In this document: in pieces, positions 30,024-39,540 of the stretch
Layout of the letters: each line of letters opens with the position of its first letter
Numbering within the stretch: position 1 is the first letter of the stretch
Virus record (IMG/VR): IMGVR_UViG_3300027896_000013
Origin: a virus
Length of the DNA: 64,000 nt
Strand: one strand, 5' to 3'
Notes under the pieces: generated by a model
The model's database searches: none
What the model saw: the letters and a program-made list of their open reading frames with translations, nothing else
What the model was told of the DNA's origin: nothing
Position numbers and translations under genes: made by a program

Positions 30024-31760
30024 TTGATGGACGCCGAACTCATATTAAAAGTAGACAGAGTTATCGAACTGCTTAGCAGTATATCTAAGTCTGCCATTGC
30101 TGCTGAAAAGAAAGCACCTAAAACTTCAGGTGCAGATGCCTTTAAGGCTAAGCTTGCAGCTGATAAAAAAGAAAAAACAGGTGCACCTGGAAAGAGTGAT
30201 AAACCACGCGAAGTTATCAAACATGACACCCTCGTTGAAGTAGATGCTTATAGTGATAATGCTAAAAAGTTCTGGAGTGAACTATTTGACAAATATTTTA
30301 AGCACGATGAATCAAAGAAGAAACCTGCTGAAGACGGTGGAAAAACTAATTGGTTAAAAACACTCCTAACACTTCTTGGAGGAGCTCTGTTAGGAATATA
30401 TACACTGTTCAAAGAAAAAATTCAACCATACTTAAAACTAGCGTGGAATGCTATTAAAGGGTCTCTTAAGTTACTCAAATCAGGTTTTAACAAAATAGTT
30501 GGCCTTATAAAAGAGGCTTGGATAGCTATCAAAGAAGGTAAGATTGGTGAACTGTTTAAGAAAATTGGAACGGCAATAAAAAACTTCTTCGGGAAATTAA
30601 AAACAAATATTGTAAAGCAACTAGGTAAAAGTAAAGTAGGTCGCTTTATTTTGAGAGTATTTGAGTCTATCGGAGAAGCCTTTACCAAGTTTGGTAAAAG
30701 CATAATGAAGGTAGTAAAGAGTTTTAAGTCTAGTAAATCGGTAGGGGTAATAGGTAAAATTTTTAAAGCTATTGGTAAGATTTTTAGAGCGTTTGCCAAA
30801 GGTGCTAAGGTAGGTCTCAAAACTGGCGCTACAGTAATCAAAACTATCATGAGGGTTTTGAAAATGGTATTCAAGGCTTTTGGTGGTGTTGGTAAGATAC
30901 TCTGCAAACTATTACCTGGTATTAAGATGATTGGTAGAGTTATAGGTAAGCTGTTCGTACCACTGACAATCTTAATGGCTGCATGGGATGTTGTTAGCGG
31001 TTTAATATCTACAGTTCAAAAAGAAGGTCTATCATTTACCTCTGTGCTTAAAGGTCTCGCAGTAGGCTTAATAAAAATGTTTACTCTGGGCTTCTTAGAC
31101 TCAGATAAAATTCTTGGTGGTCTCAATACAGCTATAGAAAAGCTTAGTGATTGGTTTGTTAGTATCTGGGAGTTTATAACTAACATACCTAAGATGGGTA
31201 AGAAGCTCCTTAGCAATATACCTGGCATCGGTAGATTCTTTAAAGAAGAGAAGAGCAATGAAGAAGTTCTGCAGGATAAGCTCGCAGCGCAGCAGAAGCG
31301 TAAAGGTGAAAAATCAAAAGGAGCTCCAGCAACAGAAAAGAAAGCTGAATCCGATGGAAGTATTAAAGACCCTGACACTGGAGAGGTTTATAGTAAGCAA
31401 GATTTAGAAGGTAAACCTAAAAAGGTTGCTCAAGACTTTGTGAGTAGGCCTGGCAAAGAACCTTTATACTTCACCGGCAAGGATACTGTATTTGGAGCAA
31501 AGAGTGGAGGACCTATTGAAAGCTTGTTGGCAAAATCCGTAGAGGGTAGCCAGCAAATCGGTCAGAGTACATCGGCTGCAATTGCAAAACAGGCAGCTCT
31601 TCTTGAGATCAACAATAAATTACTGAACGATATACTCAACGTATTGAGCGCTGATGGTAAGAAGAAAGGTGGAACAGTTGTCGTATCTAGTCAAAACAAT
31701 AACCTTGTTATGGGTGGAGTAATGGCACCCACAAAATTTAGAACTAACGCCGCATCTTAA
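30024..31760 (+). CDS. Putative tape-measure/baseplate hub protein (gp29-like)
   Basis: 578 aa with long G/K/hydrophobic amphipathic repeats; lies after the gp26-like genes. Confidence 0.6.
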   Translation: MMDAELILKVDRVIELLSSISKSAIAAEKKAPKTSGADAFKAKLAADKKEKTGAPGKSDKPREVIKHDTLVEVDAYSDNAKKFWSELFDKYFKHDESKKKPAEDGGKTNWLKTLLTLLGGALLGIYTLFKEKIQPYLKLAWNAIKGSLKLLKSGFNKIVGLIKEAWIAIKEGKIGELFKKIGTAIKNFFGKLKTNIVKQLGKSKVGRFILRVFESIGEAFTKFGKSIMKVVKSFKSSKSVGVIGKIFKAIGKIFRAFAKGAKVGLKTGATVIKTIMRVLKMVFKAFGGVGKILCKLLPGIKMIGRVIGKLFVPLTILMAAWDVVSGLISTVQKEGLSFTSVLKGLAVGLIKMFTLGFLDSDKILGGLNTAIEKLSDWFVSIWEFITNIPKMGKKLLSNIPGIGRFFKEEKSNEEVLQDKLAAQQKRKGEKSKGAPATEKKAESDGSIKDPDTGEVYSKQDLEGKPKKVAQDFVSRPGKEPLYFTGKDTVFGAKSGGPIESLLAKSVEGSQQIGQSTSAAIAKQAALLEINNKLLNDILNVLSADGKKKGGTVVVSSQNNNLVMGGVMAPTKFRTNAAS

Positions 31761-31768
31761 GTATCTGT

Positions 31769-33034
31769 ATGGCCAATTACCTATGGCAATTTACAACATC
31801 GAGCAACGCCGCTGACCTCACACCGGTTATTACACCAGTGAACACCGGTACCTCTTTCACTGCTCCAATAGATGTTGTAAACGAATTTTATTGGACTAAC
31901 TCTAAACTAGGTACACAAGCTGGTGGAAGACAAGAGGTACCTACTCTGATCTTAAAGGAGCGAACTGTTAAGACCAACTCGTTCGTCGCTCAAGCTTTAT
32001 ACTCTACAGGTGCAATTGGTGATAGCTTAGGAGCTCTTGGAGTTGATACACCACTAAAAGATGTTGAAGCATTACTCGCTAAGGCTAAGAACGCAGTTAA
32101 AAGTGCATCAAGTGCTGTAACTGGAGCTCTTGGCAACGGTACGATCTCAGCGGCTACCTCTACGGTTGCTGAAGAGATTGTCAAGGGTATAAGCAGCGCT
32201 CAGGATGACCCGTTGTTTCTTAAAGACCCTTGGTTAAGACCGTACAAAGGTCTGTATCTAACAGAGCCAACCGGGTGGATTTATTATCTACCGTTCATCT
32301 CAGCTAACAAATATCAATCTACATCTAACAATTGGGGTGATAGCTCTGGACAATCTGGTGGTCAAATGGTTCTTGGAGCTTATACGAGCATGATAGACGA
32401 GGGTTCTAAACTGCTTGGTGATATAGCTACAACGTTTGACGTTGGTAGTTATCAAGAAAAGCCAAAGTTTTATAACTATGACACAAACGGAGATCAGATA
32501 ACTGTTTCATTCCCATTAATTAATACAGGTTCTGCAACCTACGATGATGTTGTCCGCAACTGGCAATTCATCTATATGTTGATCTACCAGAATAGACCTG
32601 AGAGGCTTACACGCAATATTGTTAACCCACCTCCAATATATGAAGCGGAGATACCAGGTGTTAGATACATGCCGCTGAGCTTTATTTCGAATATCGATGT
32701 AGAGTATAGAGGTGCTCGTAGAACGATGAAGATAACCATTCCTACAGATAAAGGACAATCTTCATTTCAAACTATTATACCAGAAGCATATCAGTTAACT
32801 ATAACGCTTAGTACGCTTCTAGGTGAATCTAAAAACTTTCTTTACGCTGCAGCTGCCAAGCCGAATAATATCACAGTATATGATATTAAAGACCTTGATG
32901 TTACATCATTAACAACACCTAACCTGAATGCAGCAGAAGCTATCGGTGCTCAGCAGTTGAAGAATATACAACAACAGAATCTAAACCTTCCGAATAGCTT
33001 AGGTGGTTCGAACGGACAAACAATATTATCATGA
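31769..33034 (+). CDS. Baseplate/tail tube cap-like protein (gp48-like)
   Basis: ITVSFPLINT, PPPIYE, FISNIDVEY; lies before gp53. Confidence 0.55.
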   Translation: MANYLWQFTTSSNAADLTPVITPVNTGTSFTAPIDVVNEFYWTNSKLGTQAGGRQEVPTLILKERTVKTNSFVAQALYSTGAIGDSLGALGVDTPLKDVEALLAKAKNAVKSASSAVTGALGNGTISAATSTVAEEIVKGISSAQDDPLFLKDPWLRPYKGLYLTEPTGWIYYLPFISANKYQSTSNNWGDSSGQSGGQMVLGAYTSMIDEGSKLLGDIATTFDVGSYQEKPKFYNYDTNGDQITVSFPLINTGSATYDDVVRNWQFIYMLIYQNRPERLTRNIVNPPPIYEAEIPGVRYMPLSFISNIDVEYRGARRTMKITIPTDKGQSSFQTIIPEAYQLTITLSTLLGESKNFLYAAAAKPNNITVYDIKDLDVTSLTTPNLNAAEAIGAQQLKNIQQQNLNLPNSLGGSNGQTILS

Positions 33035-33396
33035 GCGATCTAGGACAATATCAAAACTCAATACCTGAATTACCAACACTTGGTAACCTGAGGTATGAAA
33101 ATATATTCAAGGTGTATGCGAATAAGGATGGAAAGTATTTCTATAACGTATTAACTACTGTTATGTTTCCTAATGAAACAGATGAGAACTTATTCAATAC
33201 TATAACTCTCAGCAAATCTGTACCGTGGCCTATTATAAGCTACAATGCATATAAGACTATCGACTTGTGGTGGCTCATTGCTTTAACAAATGGTGTAAAG
33301 AACCCGTTTACATTCCCAACAGATGGTAAGATACGGATTTTAAAACCTAACTATGTTGGTGATGTTATATCTCAAATATCGCGCTCACTGTTATGA
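33031..33396 (+). CDS. gp53: Baseplate wedge protein (gp53-like, LysM-like)
   Basis: ISYNAYKTIDLWWLIALTNGVKNPF...IRIL. Confidence 0.8.
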   Translation: MSDLGQYQNSIPELPTLGNLRYENIFKVYANKDGKYFYNVLTTVMFPNETDENLFNTITLSKSVPWPIISYNAYKTIDLWWLIALTNGVKNPFTFPTDGKIRILKPNYVGDVISQISRSLL

Positions 33397-34904
33397 TGTC
33401 GACCGTAAATCAGAATGATAAAGTAACAACAGTACTGATTAATAAAACTGAATATGATTTCAGGGTTATATTAATCAGTCCTGAGAATAGATTCTTCGTG
33501 TTCAGACCAGAAGCGATTAAAGAGCTGAGCATATGCAGCACTATTAACAATTACTACGCTACAGGGCATCTTGTCATTGATGATAGCTATGATGTGCTTG
33601 AAAGACCTGCAGGTGACGGAACAAAGCCGTTTGCGTTCCGAGGTGATTCCAGAGAGTATATTAAGGTTGAGATTACTCCTAAGCTAACGAACAATAACAT
33701 AACCGCAGCAACATCAGACAAGGTTAAATCTGTATTCACTCTTGCGTATGATTTTGCGATCCATAATATAGAAGACCTTTTAGACGCAAAGCCTAACGTC
33801 AAGTATCGCAAATTACACCTCTGGGATATGTGGCACCAGATAATGATTGAGCGTAACATTCAGTTCTCAACGTCAGAGGCGTTAACAGGTGTACCGTATA
33901 AACCTAATGTCAATAATGAGGATCGTGGAATTCCGACAGGTACAGCTATTAAGGAAGTAATTAAAAAGGCTCTGCCTGCTGATGAGGGATTTAATCCATC
34001 CTTTTCTGTCTTTGATGTTGGCAGTACTAATGTATTCTTCACATCACCAGCTAACTATAAAGCAGAGGATTGCATACAATATCTACTTGAGCGTCATGTA
34101 ACATCACAAGCAGAGAACTATGATAGAAGCTTTCTCAAGATTGAACGCTATCCTAAAGCATGGTCTCTAACGAGCTTGAAGTCGCTGTTTGATCAAGCAT
34201 ATGACGCTGCAGGTGACGCAGGCGGTCAATTATTTCTAGAGAAGTTTATTATCGCTGGTAATTCGGACGTAACCGCATCTAATAAACTTCAAGTAATCAT
34301 AAGTCGTGCACCAAAGGTAGCCGTTTATTTTGCCGACACAAACACGATTGACAACTTCAGCTTTATACCACCCGCAGGCCGAATCACACAGCAACGCGTG
34401 AATAATCGTATAGTACACAATTACGATCAAGGTTCTAAGATGTTCTCCGTAGATACTAAGGATAATACATTCGATACTGTACAAACGGTGTACAAACAAA
34501 ACTATGTAGATAGTATGAAGGGCCACAACGGCAAACCAGCTTCTAACTTAGTGGGTAACTTTTTACGCAATCAATGTAAGAATGTTGAGCATGTATACTC
34601 GACAGCATCTACACCTAATCAAAGATTAGGTGTTGGAAGAGGTGAAGCTCTCATGCAAGCGGTTCTAAATAGTAATACAATAATCTTTAGAGCAAGAGGT
34701 GCGACCTACAGAGATGCAGGTAGGTTTATAGGTATCGATCGTGATAACAGTTTACCCGATTCGACATTTGATAGTAAGATGCTAGGTATCTATCTGATTG
34801 TTAGCGTAACTCACTCGTTCATAGGTGGTGACTATTATACAGATATGATATGCGTTAAGACATATAATTTTGCAGATACAGGAGAGGCTGGTCAATATAT
34901 CTAA
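33393..34904 (+). CDS. Baseplate hub protein (gp27-like)
   Basis: TGHLVIDD near the N-terminus; G....DAGRFI, GIYLIVSVTHSF near the C-terminus. Confidence 0.65.
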   Translation: MMSTVNQNDKVTTVLINKTEYDFRVILISPENRFFVFRPEAIKELSICSTINNYYATGHLVIDDSYDVLERPAGDGTKPFAFRGDSREYIKVEITPKLTNNNITAATSDKVKSVFTLAYDFAIHNIEDLLDAKPNVKYRKLHLWDMWHQIMIERNIQFSTSEALTGVPYKPNVNNEDRGIPTGTAIKEVIKKALPADEGFNPSFSVFDVGSTNVFFTSPANYKAEDCIQYLLERHVTSQAENYDRSFLKIERYPKAWSLTSLKSLFDQAYDAAGDAGGQLFLEKFIIAGNSDVTASNKLQVIISRAPKVAVYFADTNTIDNFSFIPPAGRITQQRVNNRIVHNYDQGSKMFSVDTKDNTFDTVQTVYKQNYVDSMKGHNGKPASNLVGNFLRNQCKNVEHVYSTASTPNQRLGVGRGEALMQAVLNSNTIIFRARGATYRDAGRFIGIDRDNSLPDSTFDSKMLGIYLIVSVTHSFIGGDYYTDMICVKTYNFADTGEAGQYI

Positions 34905-34906
34905 CT

Positions 34907-36385
34907 ATGGGTAACACTTCTACAATCTTTCCAGCTTTAGTTGAAGTGCAACACGCGCGTAATATACCGCTGCTTAATGCATTTACAACATACATGGACT
35001 TCGTGTCTGGGTTTAAGAATGAGTTGGTTACATACCTTGGTTACAACGAGATTCAATATTCATCTGACTTCGTAACAGCTAACAAAACATTCTTCGATGA
35101 CTTGGATACCAGAAAAACTAATTATGATATAGAATTTCTTGCGTACTATGTTAGACAGTATGAGAAAGCAGTTAGCGCAGTAAAGGAAGAGATACAAAAG
35201 CTCAATAAGAAGAACAGTCTCTACAGCGGGATGAGTGATAGTATAGGTATACTTACAAACACGATGTGTCTTCTTACCGATAGCGTTGTACCGTTAAACG
35301 ACTTAGATGCAACGATATATACAATTGCGCAACCGTACCCTACTTCAATAGTAAATAAAATATCACCTAACGTAAAAGCTCTGACGAGTCAAATGAACCA
35401 GAGCATAACGTCTTTATACCGCCACAATATTATTAACATACAGTTTGTTTATGCAAACAGTACAGAGTCTCACGGTTCTAACTTAATAACAGATCTGAAC
35501 GCTTATATCCGTATGAGGGATATTGTACCTCCTCTCATAAGCAAGCTCATTACAGACTTCGATAAACTATTCGGAGTTGTTACATACTACTCTAATTTAC
35601 ATGACCATGGCGGTTATAACCCGCAAGATCCAACGCTTAATCTGCAATCTATACCACGCATAAAGTTCTCTGAAACAATAGAAGGTGTAAAGGTTGACCT
35701 TGACTTGCTTGGTAAACGTATTGTAGCTGCTCGTAAGGATATAACATTAATGCAGCGACTTGATGTAGCTGCTGTTCCACTCTCTGTAGCTACGCAGACG
35801 CAAGCATCATCAACTCACAGTGGAGCAACACCAACGCAAATTATATCGCAGTCAACAAAGCCAACACCACTCAATAGTACTGCTACGTCGAAGGTTAAGA
35901 TAACGAACCAAAAACTACCAGAACCTGTCGCAAAGACTAAGGAACAAGAAGAAAAGATTAAACAATCTGTTCAAAAGGTAGCTGATGTTAAAAAGAAAGC
36001 ATCTAAGATCGACGTTTCTAAACCGTCAGACCTGCTTAAGAAGATACCGATTAAGCTTCCAGAATTTCCGAGGTTGCCATTTGCTCTATCAAAGAAATCT
36101 CCTATTGCATCATTGAGTGCAATAAAAGACTTCATTTGTACTTTCAAGATACCGAAAATTTCTCTAAGCGCGCTTGGAAGTATCTCTTTACCGAAGCTAC
36201 CAGACTTCTTTAAGAACTTCAAATTCAAAAACCCCTTCACAGGTCTAGCTATGAAGGTTCAAATGATGCTAATAAAGAAGCTGCTATCTCTCATACCACC
36301 GCTGCCAAAGATACCAGACTTCAAGAAGCTGTTTATGGAGTTTGCGAAGAAGCTATTTCTGTGTAATCCGGGGAACAAGAAGTAG
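34907..36385 (+). CDS. Hypothetical structural protein with a Pro/Lys/Phe-rich C-terminus
   Basis: 492 aa ORF in the baseplate module. Confidence 0.7.
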   Translation: MGNTSTIFPALVEVQHARNIPLLNAFTTYMDFVSGFKNELVTYLGYNEIQYSSDFVTANKTFFDDLDTRKTNYDIEFLAYYVRQYEKAVSAVKEEIQKLNKKNSLYSGMSDSIGILTNTMCLLTDSVVPLNDLDATIYTIAQPYPTSIVNKISPNVKALTSQMNQSITSLYRHNIINIQFVYANSTESHGSNLITDLNAYIRMRDIVPPLISKLITDFDKLFGVVTYYSNLHDHGGYNPQDPTLNLQSIPRIKFSETIEGVKVDLDLLGKRIVAARKDITLMQRLDVAAVPLSVATQTQASSTHSGATPTQIISQSTKPTPLNSTATSKVKITNQKLPEPVAKTKEQEEKIKQSVQKVADVKKKASKIDVSKPSDLLKKIPIKLPEFPRLPFALSKKSPIASLSAIKDFICTFKIPKISLSALGSISLPKLPDFFKNFKFKNPFTGLAMKVQMMLIKKLLSLIPPLPKIPDFKKLFMEFAKKLFLCNPGNKK

Positions 36386-36845
36386 AAGATATATCTACTA
36401 CAGTTGTGTCTAGCATACGCATATGTGCTTGCTCGGCTAAGCTCTTAACCATTTCTTCTCTTGTAACTGCAATCTTAGCTTGAGTTTCTGCTAGCAAGCT
36501 ATCTTTTCTATTTCTAGCATCCATCTCCTTAGACTTGTAAACAACTTCAGCTTTGCGATCCATTATGACCTGTTTGTTCAGAGTCTCTATAGCAGACGAT
36601 GCTGCAGATATAAGACCTGCCAAAGCTTCGACATCTCTACCGTTAGGAGAGGATATAACAAAGTCCTTCATGGTGCGTATCATATCTAAACTCTCGCGTA
36701 TCAACTCACCTGATTTTTCAATAACAAACTTCTCGACTTCCTCTTTCTTGAGAGGGTCCTCCTCTGTGCGATTTTGCTTTGCTGTTGTATTCGCACGGTT
36801 TAACTGGTCAATCAATGTATCAACCTCTTGGTTCGGTGTGTTCAT
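36333..36845 (-). CDS. Terminase small subunit (gp16-like)
   Basis: SSPNGRDVEALAGLI matches the S.HPRA.EV...LI pattern of T4-like small terminases; TAAATA upstream. Confidence 0.6.
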   Translation of the reverse strand: MNTPNQEVDTLIDQLNRANTTAKQNRTEEDPLKKEEVEKFVIEKSGELIRESLDMIRTMKDFVISSPNGRDVEALAGLISAASSAIETLNKQVIMDRKAEVVYKSKEMDARNRKDSLLAETQAKIAVTREEMVKSLAEQAHMRMLDTTVVDISSTSCSPDYTEIASSQTP

Positions 36846-36899
36846 CTAATATATTTAGAAAGGTGTTGAAAAAAATAAAGCAGTATCTACAATGATTAA

Positions 36900-37346
36900 A
36901 TGGAAGATTTAAATTACATGCCCAAAGTTGGCTTCGTCAAAGTTCACGCTGATGCTAAGCTCCCGACAAAAAACAACCAGAGCGATACTGGTTACGATGT
37001 CTATGCTGTTGAAGATGCAGTTATACCTGCGAGGGGTAGCGCTGTGGTACCTGTTGGTATTAAGGTTGGATTTATCCCACCTGGTTACTGGTTTAAGGTA
37101 GAAGGCCGATCAGGTCTCGGGTTTAAACACAGCCTAATGCCGCACCCTGGTATTATCGATAACGAGTATCGTGGTGACTGTGGTGTAAAGCTTTATAACT
37201 TCTCTGATGTTGAGTACACCGTTAAGAAGGGTGATAAATGTGCACAGTTCGTATTCTATATGAACTTCAACTTGGATCTTGAATGGCTCTCAGAAGCTAA
37301 GAGTTCCGCGCGCGGCGAGAAGGGCTTTGGCAGCTCTGGTAAATAA
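36900..37346 (+). CDS. dut: Trimeric dUTPase
   Basis: GYDV, GRSGL, GIIDNEYRG, GDKCAQ, RGEKGFGSSG. Confidence 0.95.
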   Translation: MEDLNYMPKVGFVKVHADAKLPTKNNQSDTGYDVYAVEDAVIPARGSAVVPVGIKVGFIPPGYWFKVEGRSGLGFKHSLMPHPGIIDNEYRGDCGVKLYNFSDVEYTVKKGDKCAQFVFYMNFNLDLEWLSEAKSSARGEKGFGSSGK

Positions 37347-37347
37347 T

Positions 37348-37494
37348 ATGAAGACCATTAAGAAGATTTTAATGAATATAGGCTTCAAGCTAATCAAATT
37401 TGGTTATCCGAATGCTCTAGTTATCTTAAACTCAAATTGGGGCCATGATTGGACTGAAGGTGATCTTCGAAAAGCTATCTGTACGAAAGAATAA
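37348..37494 (+). CDS. Small hypothetical protein
   Basis: 48 aa from ATG 37348, filling the dut-gp44 gap. Confidence 0.5.
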   Translation: MKTIKKILMNIGFKLIKFGYPNALVILNSNWGHDWTEGDLRKAICTKE

Positions 37495-37497
37495 ATT

Positions 37498-38415
37498 ATG
37501 TTTGAAAATCTGCTCATAGAAAAATACCGACCACATACGTTAGATGATATCATCTTAACGGATGATAATAGAAAGCTAGTTGAAAGCTTTAAGAATCAAT
37601 CCGAGATTAGTCATCTTCTCTTTCTCGGCGCACCAGGTGTAGGTAAAACATCTCTCGCGAAGATCATAGTCAATGATATACTCAAGTGTCAATACTTGTA
37701 TATTAACGCTAGCGATGAAAATGGTATTGATACTATCCGTAACAAAGTGATTGGCTTCACACAGACAAAGAGCATTGACGGTAAGATTAAAGCAGTTATT
37801 CTTGATGAGGGTGATGCTCTTTCTGGTGATGCTCAGAGAGCTCTTCGTAACGTCATGGAAGAGTACGCTGGTTACGCTAGGTTTATTATCACAGGTAACT
37901 ATCGCTACAAGATTATTGATCCACTCGCGAGTAGGTGTATATCGATAGACCTTACACCACCTCTAGAGCAGGTAGTAAAGCGGTGTTTACACGTACTGCG
38001 CAGTGAGGGTATTACATTAACACCTGAGCAAAGTCCTAGATTTGCTCAAATGGTTCGTAATAATTACCCTGATATTCGTAAGTGTCTCAATGATATACAG
38101 AAGTATACTGCTAATAAACTAATCAATATACCGGATAGTCAACAGGATAGTTTTATTACGTCACTGTATGATATGATTCGAATGAAGAACTTTACAGATG
38201 TTCGCAAGCATATTATATCAGGTGAGCAGCAGATACATGCTGATTATACTACATTGCTTCGAAATTTGTTCAATCATATCGACAAGTGTGAACAAGACGA
38301 GAACAAGAAGAAGATCTACCTGTTAGTTATAGCGGAGCATCTCTACAGAGCTGCGTTTGTAGTTGATCAAGAGATTAACACGTATGCTTGCTGCATCGCG
38401 CTTATAAACTCTTAA
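37498..38415 (+). CDS. gp44: Clamp loader AAA+ subunit (T4 gp44/RFC-like)
   Basis: EKYRP, GAPGVGKT, INASDE.GID, ILDEGD, AQRALR, SRC, PDIRK, DQEIN. Confidence 0.95.
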   Translation: MFENLLIEKYRPHTLDDIILTDDNRKLVESFKNQSEISHLLFLGAPGVGKTSLAKIIVNDILKCQYLYINASDENGIDTIRNKVIGFTQTKSIDGKIKAVILDEGDALSGDAQRALRNVMEEYAGYARFIITGNYRYKIIDPLASRCISIDLTPPLEQVVKRCLHVLRSEGITLTPEQSPRFAQMVRNNYPDIRKCLNDIQKYTANKLINIPDSQQDSFITSLYDMIRMKNFTDVRKHIISGEQQIHADYTTLLRNLFNHIDKCEQDENKKKIYLLVIAEHLYRAAFVVDQEINTYACCIALINS

Positions 38416-39011
38416 CTCTTTTTCGGCATGTAATTGGCAGTATAGCTAGCAGGGTCCTTGTGTCCCTCTGCTGGCGATGCTGGGATAGGAGTATTCTTAT
38501 CCTTAAGAACACGATCGCCAACTACGTTCTTACCATTAACATTTGATTTGAGAGTCTGATTACCAATTGCAAATTCGTCGTTCTGTTCTGCTTTCTTCAC
38601 CGGTTCAGGTTTAAGAGTGATCTTGCTCTTATGCTTCCAGCTATCTGGAATAGGTGGTAAGTTAGGATATGTTGAAACAACTTCAATAGCATCTAGTGGT
38701 ACCGAGATGTAATTATAAAATCTGCTAGGCGCAATTTCCTGCGCGATGTCGATCGTTTCACGAAAAGGTGCAATATTTTGATCATTGTTACCACTTGAAG
38801 GCATCGGATTTTTATTCTTGATGCTTACTACGCGCAAGTTCAGGTCGCTGTTAAGCAACTCCTTAAGCTTCGCCTTCATTTGTTCATTATCTTTGATAAG
38901 CTCGTGACTTAGAATGTTACGTTTGAGCTTAACGACATCACCTACCAAGACACCACCAGATGTAAATCTAGCAATAGTCGACTCGATCAGTTTAGTAAAT
39001 TTGCGCTTCAC
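38412..39011 (-). CDS. Hypothetical late protein (putative virion protein)
   Basis: TAAATA 5 nt before GTG 39011 gives (M)KRKFTKLIES, resembling a capsid-targeting sequence; the listed longer start overlaps gp25. Confidence 0.7.
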   Translation of the reverse strand: MKRKFTKLIESTIARFTSGGVLVGDVVKLKRNILSHELIKDNEQMKAKLKELLNSDLNLRVVSIKNKNPMPSSGNNDQNIAPFRETIDIAQEIAPSRFYNYISVPLDAIEVVSTYPNLPPIPDSWKHKSKITLKPEPVKKAEQNDEFAIGNQTLKSNVNGKNVVGDRVLKDKNTPIPASPAEGHKDPASYTANYMPKKS

Positions 39012-39060
39012 GAAATTATTTATCGTTTTGACTAGAATTTTAACTGATAAATACTTCGAA

Positions 39061-39537
39061 ATGGCATCCATAAAGATAACAACTATTGCACCGACACTTA
39101 CTGCCGACACGAGTGGATACACCTATAAGGACATCCATCTCGACTTAACGCAGTCTAGAAAGGCAGCTGACAAGAGAGATTTAGTCGCCGAATTCGACTA
39201 CGTCGCTATAAAGACCTCCCTGAACAACTTGTTTAATACGATACCAGGTGAGCGCGTCCTTACACCAACATATGGGTTAGATCTTAGACAATTTCTATTC
39301 ATTCCAGTAACATCTCAGAACGCCTTGTTATTAGGTAATGCAATTAAGTCGGGTATTGCTCTTTGGGAACCTAGAGTAACTATATCTGGTATAACGATCA
39401 TAACCGATGCAGATAACAATGCATATCAGATAAACATGACGCTAGAGCTTACAGGTTTGAACACTAGCGGTCAATCGAAAGCAACAGTAACATTACCAGG
39501 TACATTAAATACTTCAGGGTTTGTGTTCCTTAATTAA
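39061..39537 (+). CDS. gp25: Baseplate wedge subunit gp25-like
   Basis: YKDIHLDL, AIKTSLNNLFNTIPGERVLTPTYG, WEPRV; start ATG 39061 after TAAATA. Confidence 0.9.
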   Translation: MASIKITTIAPTLTADTSGYTYKDIHLDLTQSRKAADKRDLVAEFDYVAIKTSLNNLFNTIPGERVLTPTYGLDLRQFLFIPVTSQNALLLGNAIKSGIALWEPRVTISGITIITDADNNAYQINMTLELTGLNTSGQSKATVTLPGTLNTSGFVFLN

Positions 39538-39540
39538 TTT

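Noticed and set aside
38914-39122. Long divergent overlap between the listed ORFs 38412-39122 and 38914-39537
   Set aside because: The overlap disappears using starts GTG 39011 and ATG 39061, each with its own TAAATA.
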